A stretch of 62,934 nt of DNA, the filler included, from Stramenopiles sp. TOSAG23-2 (Eukaryota): the NCBI GenBank assembly GCA_900128395.1. It is 17 parts of 17 records of this genome, joined end to end, with 100 filler letters (N's around TTAATTAATTAA, not from the genome) between each part and the next. Parts side by side here need not be neighbours in the genome. Positions count along the whole stretch, not along the records: positions 57,981 to 61,720 come from LT651116.1; positions 61,821 to 62,934 come from LT653684.1; 15 more parts are not named here. One strand, 5' to 3'. Positions 59,701 through 62,934 of this stretch are shown piece after piece (position 1 is the first letter of the stretch; the number at the start of each line of letters is the position of its first letter). The notes beneath the pieces were generated by a model. That model had not been told where the DNA came from and ran no database searches. It saw only the letters and a program-made list of their open reading frames with translations. Position numbers and translations under genes: made by a program.

Positions 59701-60000
59701 TTGGTTCACATTGTGCGACACATTTAAAGTACATACATCAATATGCATTATGCAAATTTGATGATATTTCATTTGGATCAATAAGATTGCTGTTATCAAC
59801 ATCTTGTTCCAGTTGACATATCATTTTACATCAATTTCTTTGCACTAAAAGACCTGTTTTGGTCCAAGATACAAAAGGTGGAAGGTTTCATCAATTACGA
59901 AAATTTCAAGATATCAATGAATATTTATTACAATGTACCAATATTGAAGGTTCAAATGATGCAAGAATTTTGGCATTACAAACAAAGTTAAATAATATGG

Positions 60001-60696
60001 AAGATCAATTTTTTTCGCCATGAAATTTTTAGTCATTTAGCACCATGGTATTTAAAACCTGCAAATTATCATACCTGCATTTGTGCACATCACCTTAAAT
60101 TTGATGATGCAACAGAAGCACTTTATCATCTTGCAAATGATTGCAAACGCAGGAATTGCAAACACATGTTTGAAAGTTGGCTTCGTTTAAAGTATGCAAC
60201 AGATTCAGAATATCGTGAAAAAATACTTGAATACCATAAGGATTATAACAAAAGGCCTGGCCAAAAAGAAAAAAACCGAGAATACCAAAATGATTATTAC
60301 AAAAGGCCTGGCCGAAGAGAAAAACAACATGATCATGAGAGGAACAAAGTTGCAAATAAGAATCAAAAATTAGCCGAGGAAACGGAAAAAAATACAAAAA
60401 TTTTTAACAAATATAAAACAGGCCAAAATGCGAATTTATGTTTTGATTCCAGGAAAAACGCTTTGGCAGCCGCCATCAGTACAGGGGAAACTGTTTGCAT
60501 ATTTAACACAGATAGACCAGGAGCTTTCTGGCTTTCTGTCAGCTCAATGGAAAAAATCCAACAATTGAAGCAGTGGGTGTACAGACATTTGACTATGCTG
60601 TCCCTATGCTATTTAAAATATAATGTTGTTTCTATGTTAATATATAATTTGTGGTGTAAAAAAATAAAAAATATAATACGAGTGAGGTTAGGGTAG
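60001..60696 (+). mobile_element. Possible decayed DNA-transposase fragment (Sola-like Cys/His motif)
   Basis: IFSHLAPWYLKPANYHTCICAHH, in frame with ORF 60166..60696, resembles the F..L.P.(W/Y)V.....TC.C..H motif I recall from Sola-type transposases. Unverified. Confidence 0.3.
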
Positions 60697-60837
60697 GATA
60701 AATATATAATATATAATACCAAGTACATTGATTGATTGATTGGTAAAGTATTCTTAATTGATATATATATACATCATATCTATCCATTCATTACATTACA
60801 TAATTATATCATTGTTATTATTATCAACACCACCACC

Positions 60838-61720
60838 ATGCCACCCTCAAGCAAAAAAACAGAGAAAAAAAGTAGCGTCTTTGCATTGTACAATGTAATT
60901 GTATTATTTGCATATAATTTAACACAATTTATTGGTTGGATATTTGTATTATTGAAAGTGTTTAATTTCAACACCACCACCATGCCACCCTCAAGCAAAA
61001 AAACAGAGAAAAAAAGTAGCGTCTTTGCATTGTACAATGTAATTGTATTATTTGCATATAATTTAACACAATTTATTGGTTGGATATTTGTATTATTGAA
61101 AGTGTTTAATTTATTTTTTTTCAAATGGGATAATTCAGTTGACTTTCTAAAAGCATCGTATCGTGATACCGGCTTCTTTGTGTTGATGTTGCAGCAATTA
61201 GCACAAATGGAACTTGTATTTGCCGCCGTTGGTATATTGAAGACGCCAATAAGTAATATATTTATGCAATTATTAGCACGTAATATTGTTGTATTATTTA
61301 TTGTTCAATATACAGATTCAGAGAAAATATTGAATAGTCCTGCAATATTCATTTACACCGTAGCATGGGCATTAGCAGATGCACCACGTTATTTATGGTT
61401 AATCATTAAAAGTTTTAATTCATGCGGACCAAGATGCAAAAAACGTTTATCATCATTATTTTCTTTTTTAACGTATATACGATATACATCATTTATACTT
61501 TTATATCCATTAGGTGGTTTAGGTGAAGGATGGACAATGTACAATGCACATGGTTTAAATATAAAACGTGTTGTTGAATTACCATTTCCAATACCATCCA
61601 TTGGAATTACATCAGATCGTTTTGAATTGGACGTAGATTTTATTGTTAAATACGTTTATTTTCCATTATATATTCCAGGATTTTTATTTTTATATTTTCA
61701 CATGATGAAACAACGTAAAA
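60838..61720 (+). CDS. HACD: Very-long-chain 3-hydroxyacyl-CoA dehydratase (PTPLA/HACD/PHS1), 3'-truncated; first 144 bp duplicated
   Basis: YNLTQFIGW, Q.LA.ME....GI, AW.L.D.PRY, RYTSFILLYPLGGLGE and YIPGF.FLY.HM.KQRK. Confidence 0.9.
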
Positions 61721-61821
61721 NNNNNNNNNNNNNNNNNNNNNNNNNNNNNNNNNNNNNNNNNNNNTTAATTAATTAANNNNNNNNNNNNNNNNNNNNNNNN
61801 NNNNNNNNNNNNNNNNNNNNG

Positions 61822-62745
61822 GAGATGTACAAGCAAGAATGGTTAAAAAACGAACATGTATTTTACGACAAATATTCCAACCAAGCGAAAAAGGATTGGG
61901 GTGTTGATGTTCCACATTGTTATAAATCTCTTTTATATGATGGAACAGAACCTAGTAATACTGCGTGGGTATTATATAATACTCGTGTTGACAGGCAACA
62001 TTTGGTTATACTTGAAGATTTGAAAGACTACAAATCGCACAAAGCATTCCAACCTCGTTGCAATCAATATAAAATGGCTTTTGGTCACTATAAGGTTGGG
62101 AATGATTTAAAAAAAAAATGGATCAAAAAAAATTTGTTTGATGAGTCAAAAAAAAAGGTTGGCCAAATATTTATGGAAAGATTGGGGTATGATTTCATGA
62201 TAAACGGCAAGTATGATGCAATGTTTAAATGTCTTCATGAGAATTATGAAAAGATAAGTAGCAACTTCATAGATTGGAGCAAAAGTGAAGGATATGATGA
62301 ATGTATTGTACATGGCGACTTTCATCATTGGAACAATATGTTTCATAAAGAAGATCCTAATAAAGTTATGTTGGTTGATTGGCAAATATTTGGTACATCA
62401 ACCCCTGTCTTAGAAATTGCATATTTCACAACTTTGAGCCTTTCTCCAGATAAGGAGAAAGATTATGAAATGTTGCAATATTATTGGGATTGTCTTTTAA
62501 AACATGGTGGTACTCCAACATATGATTTTAACCGCTTCAAAACAATGTGTCAATACGCATTTTTGGAATGGCTTTCAAATCTTGGTGTCTCATTGTCGTT
62601 TTATAATAAAAAACTTTTAAATGATGTTTTAAAAAAGGAGAAAACAGCATTTTTAGTCAAAAACGCGTTTGCTCTATTTCCCCAAGCATGTAATCGCGGG
62701 TTGTATATTATGCAAGACTTAGGGTATTTGATGTCGTCTTCATAA
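61822..62745 (+). CDS. Ecdysteroid-kinase-like/choline-aminoglycoside phosphotransferase family protein, 5'-truncated
   Basis: VPHCY, LVILEDL, IVHGDFHHWNNMF, MLVDWQ..G.P..EIAYF and LQYYWD.L. Confidence 0.8.
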   Translation, partial: EMYKQEWLKNEHVFYDKYSNQAKKDWGVDVPHCYKSLLYDGTEPSNTAWVLYNTRVDRQHLVILEDLKDYKSHKAFQPRCNQYKMAFGHYKVGNDLKKKWIKKNLFDESKKKVGQIFMERLGYDFMINGKYDAMFKCLHENYEKISSNFIDWSKSEGYDECIVHGDFHHWNNMFHKEDPNKVMLVDWQIFGTSTPVLEIAYFTTLSLSPDKEKDYEMLQYYWDCLLKHGGTPTYDFNRFKTMCQYAFLEWLSNLGVSLSFYNKKLLNDVLKKEKTAFLVKNAFALFPQACNRGLYIMQDLGYLMSSS

Positions 62746-62934
62746 AAGTTAAGACATAATTTATGGAATCAAGAATGGAGAGTAAGACAGATCACAATAT
62801 AATTCGTATTATTTTATTTAGAATATCTCCATGCGCGTTCGTTGAACGGGCTGGACATAATATATTTTAATGTATTTGCTCAGTTACTATATTCTTTTGA
62901 GAAGTAGGAATTGTCATGGGTAGGAATAAAAAAA

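Noticed and set aside
3789-61820. Regularly spaced TTAATTAATTAA palindrome every ~3.85 kb
   Set aside because: Artificial six-frame-stop linker in N padding; the spacing reflects length-sorted contigs, not biology.
342-62385. Numerous 60-190 aa ORF-track entries antisense to or overlapping real genes
   Set aside because: Shadow ORFs of AT-rich coding strands or low-complexity intergenic DNA; no motifs.

Overview
AT-rich eukaryotic DNA, probably from a flagellated protist. It has GT-AG introns, ciliary genes (RSPH1-like, CFAP144), RPB8 and a mitochondrial gamma-carbonic-anhydrase-like gene; a stramenopile-like MAG/SAG is an inference. The window is not one locus. It is 17 short contigs (about 3.74-3.79 kb, ordered by decreasing length, the last cut by the window) joined by an artificial 100-nt spacer N44-TTAATTAATTAA-N44, so neighbourhood across spacers means nothing. 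Several 95-145 bp direct duplications inside genes look like unmerged assembly overlaps. Main findings: (1) two adjacent ORF-track entries (44356-45828, minus) are one gene, a glutaredoxin-like + AhpD-like fusion with an in-frame TGA in a C-A-Y-U redox motif. It is a candidate eukaryotic selenoprotein whose peroxisomal-type C-terminus (AKM) is made only after read-through, and I can see no canonical SECIS. (2) A USP-type peptidase domain whose Cys box lies downstream of its His box (apparent circular permutation), fused to ankyrin repeats. (3) An intact DD34E Tc1/IS630-family transposon with perfect 125-bp TIRs, TA TSDs and a passenger ORF. (4) A bacterial-type LigB/HpaD ring-cleavage dioxygenase ending in SKL. 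(5) A CASD1-like O-acetyltransferase with reversed domain order. All family calls come from motifs read by eye; no searches were run.
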